Shown here: in pieces, positions 40,349 to 51,000 of the stretch
Numbering within the stretch: position 1 is the stretch's first letter
How the letters are laid out: the number at the start of each line of letters is the position of its first letter
Origin: Bigelowiella natans CCMP2755
Taxonomy: Eukaryota > Protista > Cercozoa
Reading direction: 5' to 3'
Length of the DNA stretch: 60,324 nt
NCBI GenBank assembly: GCA_000320545.1
Contig: ADNK01002627.1
Coordinates: 1 to 60,324, forward strand
Program-made: the position numbers and the translations under genes
The notes under the pieces: generated by a model
Databases searched by the model: none
The model's input: only the letters and a program-made list of their open reading frames with translations
What the model was told of the DNA's origin: nothing

Positions 40349-41429
40349 TGATAAAAAATTTATTGCTACTGGTGATTTAGCTCAATTGGATCCCATTGAA
40401 AACGAATATCTGTTTAATAACATCAAAGACCTTGATGTTAGAACAACTGAAGCTTTGAATGATATGTTTCCTAATATTATTACTCTTAAAATCTGTAAGA
40501 GAGTAAAAACAGACGAGGAAAGAAATACTCTTGCACGATTAAAACAAGAAATATTTGATGTAAAAACTAAACCATTTGACATACTAAAAAAATATTTTAA
40601 AGTTGTGAAAAGTATAAGTGAAGTTAGAACTCTCAACAATATTACCTTCTACAACTTTAGATCCCGTTCAGTAGGTAAGCACATCCATAGCCTACAAAAG
40701 AAACCGAGAAAAAAGGTTTATGTAGATGGTATTTGCTACTATGCTGGTATGGAGATTGTGTGTAAAAAATTTAATAAGAAACCAAAACTATATGTGAACT
40801 ATGCTTATGAAATTGTTAAAGTAAGTAAAAAAGAATTTGTAATACAGGATGTATGTGATATGGAAGAAATAAGAATTCCTATAGAATTAATTAGTAAGCA
40901 TTTTAGATTATCATATGCCTCTACCTGTCATAGTTTTCAAGGATTATCAGTAGATGGCCCTATTACCGTATTCGATACTAACACCTGTAGAATTAATCGC
41001 AAGTGGCTCTGGACTGCTATAACTCGTTCAACTGACCTTTCACAGATACAAATATATCAGCACAGCGATAAAGAATGCTACAGATTAAAAGAAAGTATGA
41101 TTTCTCAAAAACTACGAATGAAAGTATCTTCATATAAATCTCAGGACAAAAGAGCTGGTAGAACTTGGAAAGATAAAGAATATATTGATGAGGAATGGAT
41201 AAAAAGAACTGTTAATAATCATCCACAATGTCCTGTGTGTAGATGTGGATTTACTGCTGATAATGTTTCTGTGGATAGAATTGATAATGATCTACCCCAT
41301 CTCTGGAACAACTGTAGATTAACTTGTGTGGAGTGCAATCTTAGTAGAAATAACCAACAAACATATCCTCAGGATGTTGAATTTGAAGATAAAATAAGAG
41401 AAAAGGATCTAAAGGATTTAGGGATATGA
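40335..41429 (+). CDS. SF1 (Pif1/RecD-like) helicase C-terminal half fused to an HNH/endonuclease VII-like Zn domain; N-terminally truncated
   Basis: ATGDLAQLDPI (motif III), YASTCHSFQGLSV (motif V), LWTAITRS (motif VI), then CPVC...SVDRIDNDLPH...NCRLTCVECN. Walker A/B are missing. Confidence 0.85.
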   Translation: MDKHIDKKFIATGDLAQLDPIENEYLFNNIKDLDVRTTEALNDMFPNIITLKICKRVKTDEERNTLARLKQEIFDVKTKPFDILKKYFKVVKSISEVRTLNNITFYNFRSRSVGKHIHSLQKKPRKKVYVDGICYYAGMEIVCKKFNKKPKLYVNYAYEIVKVSKKEFVIQDVCDMEEIRIPIELISKHFRLSYASTCHSFQGLSVDGPITVFDTNTCRINRKWLWTAITRSTDLSQIQIYQHSDKECYRLKESMISQKLRMKVSSYKSQDKRAGRTWKDKEYIDEEWIKRTVNNHPQCPVCRCGFTADNVSVDRIDNDLPHLWNNCRLTCVECNLSRNNQQTYPQDVEFEDKIREKDLKDLGI

Positions 41430-42079
41430 GGCAGTGAAGAATAGAAATGCGAAATTCGATTTTGCGTTTTTTTAATGATGATAAATTGTTATTATTATTA
41501 AAAAATCGGTACAGCTACGGATGTAACCATTATTTTTGGGAGAAACGGTATAAGTCTCCTCACATTACATGTACTTTACTTCCTTTGAATTTATATACCC
41601 CGACAACCATCTCACTGATAAACCCCTCACGACAACTTTAAACAACAATTTTCCTTTTAAATTGCACACCTTATATTCCCATCATTAAACTTATCAGAAT
41701 AAAGGCCCCAAACCTAAAAAAAAAAAAAAAAAAGCCTCAAACCTAAAAATCAAAAGAAAAAAGTTTATTAGTCCCATAAGTCACAAATTTTGCCATGTTT
41801 TGCCATGCAAATTTTGACTTTCGCAATGTCCGTTATGAGACAACATCCACTATGAAAATCACTTCGGTGTAACAACATAGCTGGGAAGTCAAGGGCGCGA
41901 AAAGATTAACTAACTAACTAACTAACTACATGTCGGTTAGCGATTTGGCCTTCTCTTTTCCAATTTGCGACATCAATTTTCGGTTCTTCATGTGGAAATA
42001 GTAATGCGTTTTCCTCTTTGGCGACGCTTGTATGCTGAACTTGATGATTATTAAACTTGTCCTTCCGTCTATCTCAGTC

Positions 42080-43012
42080 ATGGTTCCCGCCTTCGCACTT
42101 TTGCTACTCTGGGCATCCACAGCGTTAGCGTCCTGTTATTCCGTCCGAAATGACGCGTCGTGGGTTAAGGTTCGCACGATCAATTCCAGCGCGGCTGACT
42201 GTCCATATTTCACCGACAACCTTAACGGGAGTCAAGCTGTTGGTGCTGTCACAGGCGGCGGCGAAGTCATCCAAACTTACGACGGCAGCAGCATTGTGGG
42301 GTTCAAGTTTGAAACGGGTAACGGAGCGAATTTCCTCATCGCAAGAAGGTTTCAAGTCATCGGGGAAACCTACACTGGTTCATCCCCACGAGACGTTTAT
42401 TGCAGCAGCTATTCCAACAGTTCCTACACAGCAGAGTGGTACAACCGTGGGAGCAGCAACCCAAGCGACCCTTTGATATTTCTCCGGGGCTACAGCACCT
42501 CCACCACTTCAAAACAAAATTGTTTCTACTGCGAATATGAAGCTGGTCAAGGCGACCCATTCCAAACGATGTGGCAGGCCAACGGCGGTATTGACATCTA
42601 CGTGACCTCCAACCAAGTCTTCCCGACCAGTTCTCCAACAGCCATGCCAACCGCAAGCCCCGCAACCACGAGCCCGACCGCAAGCCCCGCAACCGCAAGC
42701 CCCGCAACCACGAGCCCGACCGCAAGCCCCGCAACCGCAAGCCCCGCAACCACGAGCCCGACCGCAAGCCCCGCAACCGCAAGCCCCGCAACCACGAGCC
42801 CAACCTCAAGCCCGACCTCTAGCCCGGATGATGACGATGCCGAAAGCATTGTGGGTCCTGTCGTCGGTGCGGTCTGCGGATTCTTGGTGTTGGCAGCTGT
42901 TGTTGGATACTGCTACTACCAGCGAGGCAAGCCCAGCGTCGACCAAAATGCGAATGACCAAAACTTCGCTGGAGTAGTCAATGACCAAAAAGGGGGAAAC
43001 AACGCATTGTAG
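42080..43012 (+). CDS. Intronless type I membrane protein: signal peptide, lectin-like domain, (T/A)SP(A)T repeat stalk, TM helix
   Basis: MVPAFALLLLWASTALA signal, WYNR...DPLI...NGGIDIYV domain, tandem TASPATTSP repeats and the TM segment IVGPVVGAVCGFLVLAAVVGYCYY. Confidence 0.85.
   Translation: MVPAFALLLLWASTALASCYSVRNDASWVKVRTINSSAADCPYFTDNLNGSQAVGAVTGGGEVIQTYDGSSIVGFKFETGNGANFLIARRFQVIGETYTGSSPRDVYCSSYSNSSYTAEWYNRGSSNPSDPLIFLRGYSTSTTSKQNCFYCEYEAGQGDPFQTMWQANGGIDIYVTSNQVFPTSSPTAMPTASPATTSPTASPATASPATTSPTASPATASPATTSPTASPATASPATTSPTSSPTSSPDDDDAESIVGPVVGAVCGFLVLAAVVGYCYYQRGKPSVDQNANDQNFAGVVNDQKGGNNAL
42648..42826 (+). repeat. Coding tandem repeat (42-bp unit built from 15/12-bp subunits)
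   Basis: accgcaagccccgcaaccgcaagccccgcaaccacgagcccg repeated ~3.5 times. Confidence 0.9.
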
Positions 43013-43267
43013 GCCTAAAAATGGATTGCTGCATCGCTGGGGGATGGCAAGTTGTTTGCTGTTGGCGGGCCTAACGATGAAGATGTTCCTTGCACATCGG
43101 GGAAACATCTTCGCATTGCCATGCAGCCTGCTTTGATTTGAACATTTAATCGTTGTGTCATTTTTTATTTGCTTTTTTTTTTTACAATTGCACTGAAATC
43201 TAAAATTAATATTTTGTTAAAAACTTTGTTAAAAAAAATTAATATTACTTTTTAAGAGTAAATGATG

Positions 43268-43620
43268 CGATGCTCTGCTGTGGATTTTGCTATGTCATTT
43301 TTAACAAAGATTGTTTTCACAAAACACATGGGTAGAACATTTTCATCATGTCATCATGGCAATTCAGTTCAGCAGCAGGTCGTCAGTAGGTGAAGCTTTC
43401 ATGTTGCGCATTTTCGCACATTTTGCTACTGATTGCTGATGGGAAATCAAATGTCGAACACTTGACATGTCATGCTCGTGCAATTTTGCCATGTCATTCT
43501 AACAATTCAGTTCAGCAGTAGGTCGTCAGTAGGTGAATTTTTGAAATGAAAATTTTGTGTCATTCCCCCACTGACGGCAGATGGGAAATCAAATGTGGGG
43601 CATGGTCCATTCTCTGCTGC
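43268..43620 (-). repeat. Right TIR (353 bp)
   Basis: Reverse complement of 38265-38621. Confidence 0.97.
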
Positions 43621-44450
43621 ATCAAAATTTTCGAAAAACTGCGTGGACAGTGGACAGCTAGACAGCGTTGGCGGCCGCAGCAGGGGACATCACATCGAAG
43701 CAACACGAAATCACAACGTCATCAATGACTGACAACAACAACACAGAAAAAAATCAGAAATGATGCATCAAAAGAAAACGAAATTCACTCAAATTCACCC
43801 GTGCTCAAGTCGATCAAAGTCCTCTGTCCCCTTTCGTGGCCATTCACAACGTCCAGAACGTCCAAACGCGCTGCATGTAAGCCAGGAAGCACTCTCATTG
43901 GTTGCAGGATGAAGATTGAGAACAACTTGCACCCTGATGGTCTGTGACACGCTGGCTTCACGCTTTGCGTCTCAATTGAACCGAAAACACACTCAGCTCA
44001 AGATTCAATCTTCAAGATCCTCAAAGCCCATGCCAGCATGGCTGCCATTTCGACCGTGGTCGCAGCTCAAGATTCAATCTTCAAGATCCTCAAAGCCCAT
44101 GCTGGCATGGCTGCCAACGGTCGAAATGGCAAGAGCCGAGAACAATGAACAATGAACAAAGCGTTGATCAAATCTGCATGCGCCAGAATCACATGGGAGA
44201 CAGGCGTTTATATGCATGCAGCAGAGCCTCAACAACACTCGTTGCAAGGACAATGAACAATGAACAAAGCGTTGATCAAATCTACATGCGCCAGAACCAC
44301 ATGGGAGACAGGCGTTTGCATGCAGCAGAGCCTCAACAACACTCGTCAACAAACAGAGGAACAAAGCATCAGGTGCTCTCAGAGATGCCCGTCTGAAAGC
44401 ATGCGAAAACACAGATGCGACATTCAAAAATCTCGACAAATCTCTAGAAT
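43621..44450. other. TpA-depleted island, right flank of the PLV
   Basis: 43621-43980 has 2 TA in 360 bp by eye; CpG is plentiful. Confidence 0.85.
43994..44347 (+). repeat. Two adjacent tandem duplications (~69-bp and ~108-bp periods)
   Basis: cagctcaagattcaatcttcaagatcctcaaagcccatgc occurs twice, and acaatgaacaatgaacaaagcgttgatcaaatct...caacactcgt occurs twice. Confidence 0.9.
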
Positions 44451-47043
44451 CCCATTGTTTTTGAATCTCGAGGCACGTTTCGTTACTTTCTTCAGATGTT
44501 ATTGCCTTAAAAAAGTTACTCGCAGGAAAAGAAAACGCCAACACAAACAACAGCGACGGCCCTGCGATGCGCTCGAAGAGACTGGTTCCGATGTCTGCCT
44601 GCCTGCTTCCTCTAGCTGATATTTGTTCAATTCTAGCCGCAAGTTGTTCCAACCAACCTGTTTGATTTGGTTCTCATTTTCTCGATCGTTGTCTTTAATG
44701 CGTCGCCAAGCAGAAGGGCCATGCCCCAGATACGTTAGGAAATGCAATAACACTGCAATTTTTGGCTATGGTCGTTCAAACGTATAACGATGACGCACAA
44801 TTATATCATATAAACTTGTAATGAATTGTACCATTTCCTGTCTTTAGCTGTAGCAACCTTGTAATGCGTCCTTTCTTTACTTTCCGCCTTCGCAGACGAA
44901 CCCACATTCAATGATACCGCAGAGCTGGGAAGGTGGGATGTTTCCAACTAAAACTCAGCGAGGAAGGGGAGAGAGCGTGAGGGCGGTCGCAAGACTATTG
45001 ATCATGTTATCTATGTGCAATTTCGCCTATGCACGAGAGTTTTATCCCGCATAATTAGATCTTTTTCAGGCAAGTGTAAAGTCGATAGATTCTCAGCTTA
45101 TGCATTCTCCTCCTTCACATATGCCGGGACAGCATTAGGTCGCAGTATGTGTAGTTTACAAAGTGTCATTGCTCTTACGTAGGTGCTAGAGTACACGTAT
45201 AATTAACGGTATGCGTTCTGGAAATATTGACGTATTTCAGATACATCAATTTCTTCCGATCTGATATACGCTTGTGCATAATGTTACGTACTCAGCGCTA
45301 TGGACGGTCTTCGCATCGGCGCGTTATTACCCAGGTTGGCGCAGTCAACCTATCAATAATATAGATTATTCTTTACGAATAGAGTGTCGCACTGTTATGG
45401 CTAAGGTGGTTATTTGTAGGGGACCCGGCATTTGATGGTGTTTTGTTCGCACTGCAAAGCGTCTTCACGTTCGTGGCGGATGTAATGTATGTTGCGTTGT
45501 CCTACTCGTTCTGAAACATGATTCTTGACAATGACCCGCCAAAAAAACGATTCGCTCATGGCGCCAATTGGCGTAAATAGGTATCTCGGCCATGATTCTA
45601 TGTGGCATGCTCTTGATAGGTTTTCAACGAATGGTTTCGCTTCATAAATTAAACGCGATTAATGATGTGTATGGGCTTATCGCGTATTATTTGAATATAC
45701 GGTGATTATAGATGCTACGCCACGTTCGTAGTACTATGGCTAATCGGTACAAAGGTGAGTGTAACGAAAACATCGCAGAAGCACACACACACACAAAACA
45801 TTATAATAAATAAAATAAATGTATATTATGCGCTTGCCCCAGCAATAAAACACTCCAAATTGAAGCACAAAGAGCATGCACATTTCCTTTATATTTCGAA
45901 ATTTATTCCTATTCTTCCAAACATGAAGAGGATCTGAGCAATTTTATGCTGTCGCTTCAGATTTGGCGGATTTCGGGCATAGAAGTACTGATATGGATCG
46001 CAGGGACAATACTTGGAATGTATCAACACAACTTTCCCAGACTCTATAGCTACAATTTGCTAAAACTCTTGAAATTTTTCTTTCTGAATTGTGCATGTAA
46101 TACGGCGTAAAACGGTCACTGACAGGTTTTGCCTTGGCCAATCACGGCGCGCGCGGAGCGAAGAACACGCCAGCTGGGAAGGGTAATTAGCTAGTTTCTA
46201 TTACGAGACATTTGAACTATCTGAGCTATATGTTTTTCTAACTTCGACAAAACAAGACGTTGCGATACAAATGTGCAAGATTACGAGCATTATATCTATC
46301 ACATCAGTTTTCAGTTCTGGCATTCGATCTGGCATCTCTCATTGCCTTTAAGCTATATTTGCTGGTGCGTCTATGTACTTTAATTATGATTAAAAATGAT
46401 ATTACTCATCGATTCAACATGAATTACATGCCGTGGCGAACCATGCTTTGTATGTCTTGTCGTTGAGTGATGATGCTAGCTGCCCACCACGTGAAAAATG
46501 AGCGGTGCTACATGCGGTCTAGCGGTGCTGTTGATTAAAATGTGAGGTGTAGAGGTACTAGCCTTAGAGCCTGTAGTAGTAATCATTCAAGCATGATGAG
46601 ATAAATCGTGTTTTTGAGTCATTGTTGTGCAACGCCTAAAACTTAGCTGCGCTCTTGTGCAGTATCGCAAGCATAATGTTTCGCCCCCCTTCCAATCTAG
46701 CAAAGCGCAGCATCTAGCTCTAGAGCTATGCAGATATCTAGATTAAAGCAATTAAATGATTCGGAATGATCATACGATTTTTTCTAATCTTATTGCAACT
46801 GTCCTAATGGGTGTGTGTTTATACACATCTAGCATGCTAGCATGATCAGCGTCTAGATTGACTAGATTGCACACTAATAGATTAAATGATGTAAGCTGTG
46901 TGAGCAGAAACTAGGTTTTATTTAGTAGATGTATCACAATGTTTTGGTTGGCTATCAATTTGCATTGTTCGCATAGTTATGTATTTTAATGAACATAAAT
47001 GATGTTCTTTGGAATCAAGACCTCTTTTAATTTGCCTTTATTT

Positions 47044-50000
47044 TCAGTTTCGAACTGACTTTAGTTTTTTACCTCTTCTGATTGAAGCTAAAAGAGCGTT
47101 CCTAGAACCATTATTTGATTTCTTTTCAACTCGAAAAGAAGTCTTAGATGGAGGGGCTTGTACTTTGCTTTCAGAAGGCTTCATTAGTGGCGGAGGTGGC
47201 AACATTGCAGTCAGAGAAGAAGGGGGAGGTGGTGGAATTGCACTTCCCATTACAGGTGGAGGCGGGATACCACTTCGCATTACAGGCGAGGGTGGAATCC
47301 CACCTACGACACTAGGTAGAGGAGGGTTTGTATTGCTTAAGACGGAAGGAGGTGGGACTCCAATAACTGGTGGAGGAGGAAGAGGAAATCCATCTTGGTT
47401 CATAGTCAATGGGGGAGGAGGAGGAATCTGATTTCCCATGCCAGAAAATCCCATCCCAGAATCGATAGGTGGCGGAGGGAGTGGAACACCACCAGGGGGT
47501 TGGGGAAGTGGAACGTTGCTTCGAGAATAACTGGGGGGGGGTGGAATGAGATCCCCTGCCGGAGGTGGAATCCCTAGAAATTAATTAAAATTTAACACAT
47601 GTATTTTGCCCTATTCTATAAATTTATACCTGGAGGTGGAGGAGGGAGTTCGGGAGTCTTTGATTCACGGGCTTCAAGGTGAGAATCTATTGTTGTAACA
47701 ACAAATTTGACAGTAGTTGCAAAGAGAAAATATTGTGGTATAGATTCTTTGGCTTATTCGAGTGCAGAAGAGGAACATGGGATAGAAATGTTGAAATTGG
47801 AAATAATCTCAACAAATTAATGTTATCCTTTTACAAATAAAAGCAAAACGAAATCTAGTTATAGCATTGCAAGTACTCTTTCTACTTGAGCTTCGTCAAT
47901 ATGAAGGCCATTTATACAGTAGTTTCGCATCATTTGGAGAACTTTTTTGCAAATTTTATTTCTGGTTTCAAAGACCTTTATTGACTGGATAAGATGATAT
48001 GGGTGGAGGTAAAGGATTTTCATCGTAGTCTTTATTAGGAGGCAAGGAATCCGGTAGTGGAGGGAGATTTGGAACAGCTGGAATACTGTCATATCCACTG
48101 AGAGCCGGTGGTGGATTCAAAGGTGGAGGAGGATTCTGACTAACGATGTCTTTGCCCTCACCATAAGTGTCCGGAGTTGGCATTCTATTAAAAAAAAATA
48201 GATAATTAGTATTTGTATTACAAACATTTATCGTTGTCTATGTCAATTATACGACCTAAATGTTGGTGCAGGCGGGATCGAAGATGAAGGAGGCGGCTCG
48301 TATTCTCTCTGACGGTCATCAGAGGTTCGATTAAACAGATTATTCGTACTGCTTAGTATTCCAGACTTTGTTAGCTGCCCATAGAGACGTGCGCTAAGGA
48401 CATCACCCTCGCCTTTGTTTACCATGGAAATGTTATAGTTGTCATGCCTCAGACCGCATTAGCATATAGGGAGTATTAAAAAATGTATGCTGGGAGGCAA
48501 TAAATCAATTAGTGCTAAAGTGATTATGTCCACACTACCTGCTTGCAGCTGATAATGGCTTGATGCTCTACTCACAGCGCTTCTATCAAAATGATTTGAC
48601 TGTTGTGAAAGAACTTGCGGCGCATCTGAGCCAATTGTACTCCGACGAACTTTGATAAATGTATCATCGTCTTCTACTATCTCCACTGGAGGTCTTGAAT
48701 CAGGTGGTGGTGGCTTTTCAATAATTTGGGGTTTTGAGACATTTGTAGTTTTGCTCCGAAGAGATGACGAATCGTGAACAGTTTCATATTTCCCAGGAAC
48801 GGCGTAGAAGCTGCAGTAAATGTGTAGCAAAAATTCCAACTTAAAATACAAGTTGAACTCTTTAGTCTCTTTAGTATTCTTGATTGAAATATCAACATTT
48901 TACTTTTTTAGGGGCTTGCTCTCACCTTTGTGCTTCCTTGTGCTTTGTTTCAAATGAGCCATCGCGATAAAAGTTTAGGTTTAGCCAATTATCATGATCA
49001 AACTTGCTCTACGGTAACAATTTGGGATTATAATTATGAATCTGTCTTCAAGTCTTCAATGCGTATTGTGATATTGATTTTTTTACCGCTTTTATGCACT
49101 GAGGTGGAACCTCTTCGTCTTTCATCACATACTACAAAATATAGACTATTTATTTCAGCTTTTCAACCATTTGTATGTATGCCTATTGTTGTATTATTAC
49201 GTAGGCAGGGCGACGATTATGTCTTCGAATGAGTTTCTCGGGTTCGCTGACACTCGTACGAATGGAGGTTCTGTAAATCAAATTTCTAGTTTGCCTGATA
49301 TTTTCTGTCAACGCTCTTATATTTTGAGATGTTTCGCCCATTCCAAGCTCTTGCACCGCTAGTGCGCTGTAATTTATTAGCAGATGATAGATGAAACGTA
49401 AGAAATATCATGATTTTTGTTTTTTCCACTCAATAAGTTTTTATTGTATCATTTATTGTCACGGCTTTGACAAACCGTGATATATGGCTTCCAAGTGCAC
49501 AAATCTGATTCGCTACAGCGCCAGTTGAATCTTGCATATACTTCGAAGCGATTCTTCAGAGTTAATCAAGTGATTAGATAAAGTAAATATATAAAGTACA
49601 TACGCTAAACTACATTGACCATATAATACCACCTAGTGACTTCCGGAAGGGGTTTTCTGCCAGTGTTGTGTTGTTTCTCTACATACTAAAATCATTCGAA
49701 ATGTACAGAAAAATTTAATGTAACAATTATTATATGAGATATGCATACAACTGCATGCAATTGAGATGAAAATAATCAGTGATTAGTGTTCATTAAATTA
49801 TTTGGATAACGTTACTTCGATGATTGTAGAAAAGCTTCAGCAACGACAGTGGAACCATACCCAAAATTCCAATTTAAAAAATTGAAACTATCAACACAAG
49901 AATAATTTTCAATATGTTCAGTTGCAAACTCACGCTGATCCCAAACTCTTAAGTTTGTCCAGAGATAGGTGTAATCTCCCTGCGCATTTGTTGAACTCGC

Positions 50001-50054
50001 TCTCAAATTCGAAATCCTTTTCATCATTGCCTTGATCGCTCCGACGATCTGCAC
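47044..50054 (-). CDS. Proline-rich actin regulator with C-terminal WH2 motif and Abi-like N-terminus, multi-exon (start uncertain)
   Basis: Terminal RNALLASIRRGKKLKSVRN* (WH2) and many polyproline runs. N-terminal exons SKYMQDSTGAVANQICALGSHISR / ALAVQELGMGETSQNIRAL resemble the Abi coiled region. Confidence 0.75.
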
Positions 50055-50249
50055 ATCATCAAAAAATTTTAGTTCCGTAGATTTTTGTTAGTCTCCTCGG
50101 CCTCCCATCGTGGGATGAGGAAGTAACGCGTAGAATGGTGGACTCGTACCGAAGGCTGGAGAAGATACTTCCATGGCTTTTTGGATTGTTTCACTGCACA
50201 TTTTTTGTGAATGAAATTCATCGCTTTTGAGTGTTACGACATCACCATT

Positions 50250-51000
50250 GCTATGTCGTATCGCACGGCTTGTCGCACACGGTGTACATTGTGATGACCT
50301 GCGTTTCTTCATGGCGACTTGTTGCATCCGATTGATTTGGAGTTTCATTTGCTAAAGGCGCGTTCAAAGAAACCTTTGTTGATTGACCAATGGCATTTTT
50401 TGTTGTCACACACGCAGCACGTGCAACGCGCACACGTGAAATGCAGCCAGCTAGGCAGTTCCTCACGCGCAGTTCACAGCTTCAGGCTTCAGACTTGCGT
50501 TGATTTTGTTTTTCACGATGAGCTGCACTGAGGTCTGTGTGCACGCTGGCACGTGCTAGCGTGAAACATGGCTGTGGAAGCCTGAAAGCGCAAATGCACG
50601 AGGTGATGGCAAAACAGAACGCACAAAAGCCAAAAGTGCAACCAAAATCATCATCAAAACTGTGAATCCATGCATGCAGGGGCAACGTGTTGACACTGGA
50701 CAGCGTCGATGAGCAGAGACACTTCGACGGAATGATGAACCGCTAGACCATGGCACACCATTGCTTGCATCTAGACATGTGCATCAAGCTGCATGGAAGA
50801 AATCGCGAATGTGCGAAACTGTCGTTCTGCCTTTTGGTCTTATTTGTTTGCTCTTGCCCATTCGTGGTTTGGATGAAAGTTGAGAATTTTGACATCGATG
50901 ACTGTGAGCCCCAACACCGACGTTCTCCAGCAACGGATCTTTTGCGTCTGTTTTTCTACGTGATGTGGTGGACAGTGATTCAAAAGTTGTTTTTCTGCAT
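50250..51000. other. TpA-depleted island overlapping the 3' end of the photolyase gene
   Basis: 50401-50820 has 4 TA in 420 bp by eye, all in CTAG. Confidence 0.85.

Larger units (their letters stand above)
38265..43620. mobile_element. Internally deleted endogenous Polinton-like virus / Polinton-related element
   Basis: ~355-bp terminal inverted repeats and an AT-rich intronless core with penton-like, SF1 helicase-HNH and nuclease ORFs. No major capsid, ATPase, polymerase or integrase gene remains. Confidence 0.85.

Noticed and set aside
44499-45150. Possible minus-strand gene remnant (RRIKDNDRENENQIKQVGWNNLRLELNKY)
   Set aside because: Short exon-like blocks with an in-frame stop and no recognisable homology; cannot support a call.
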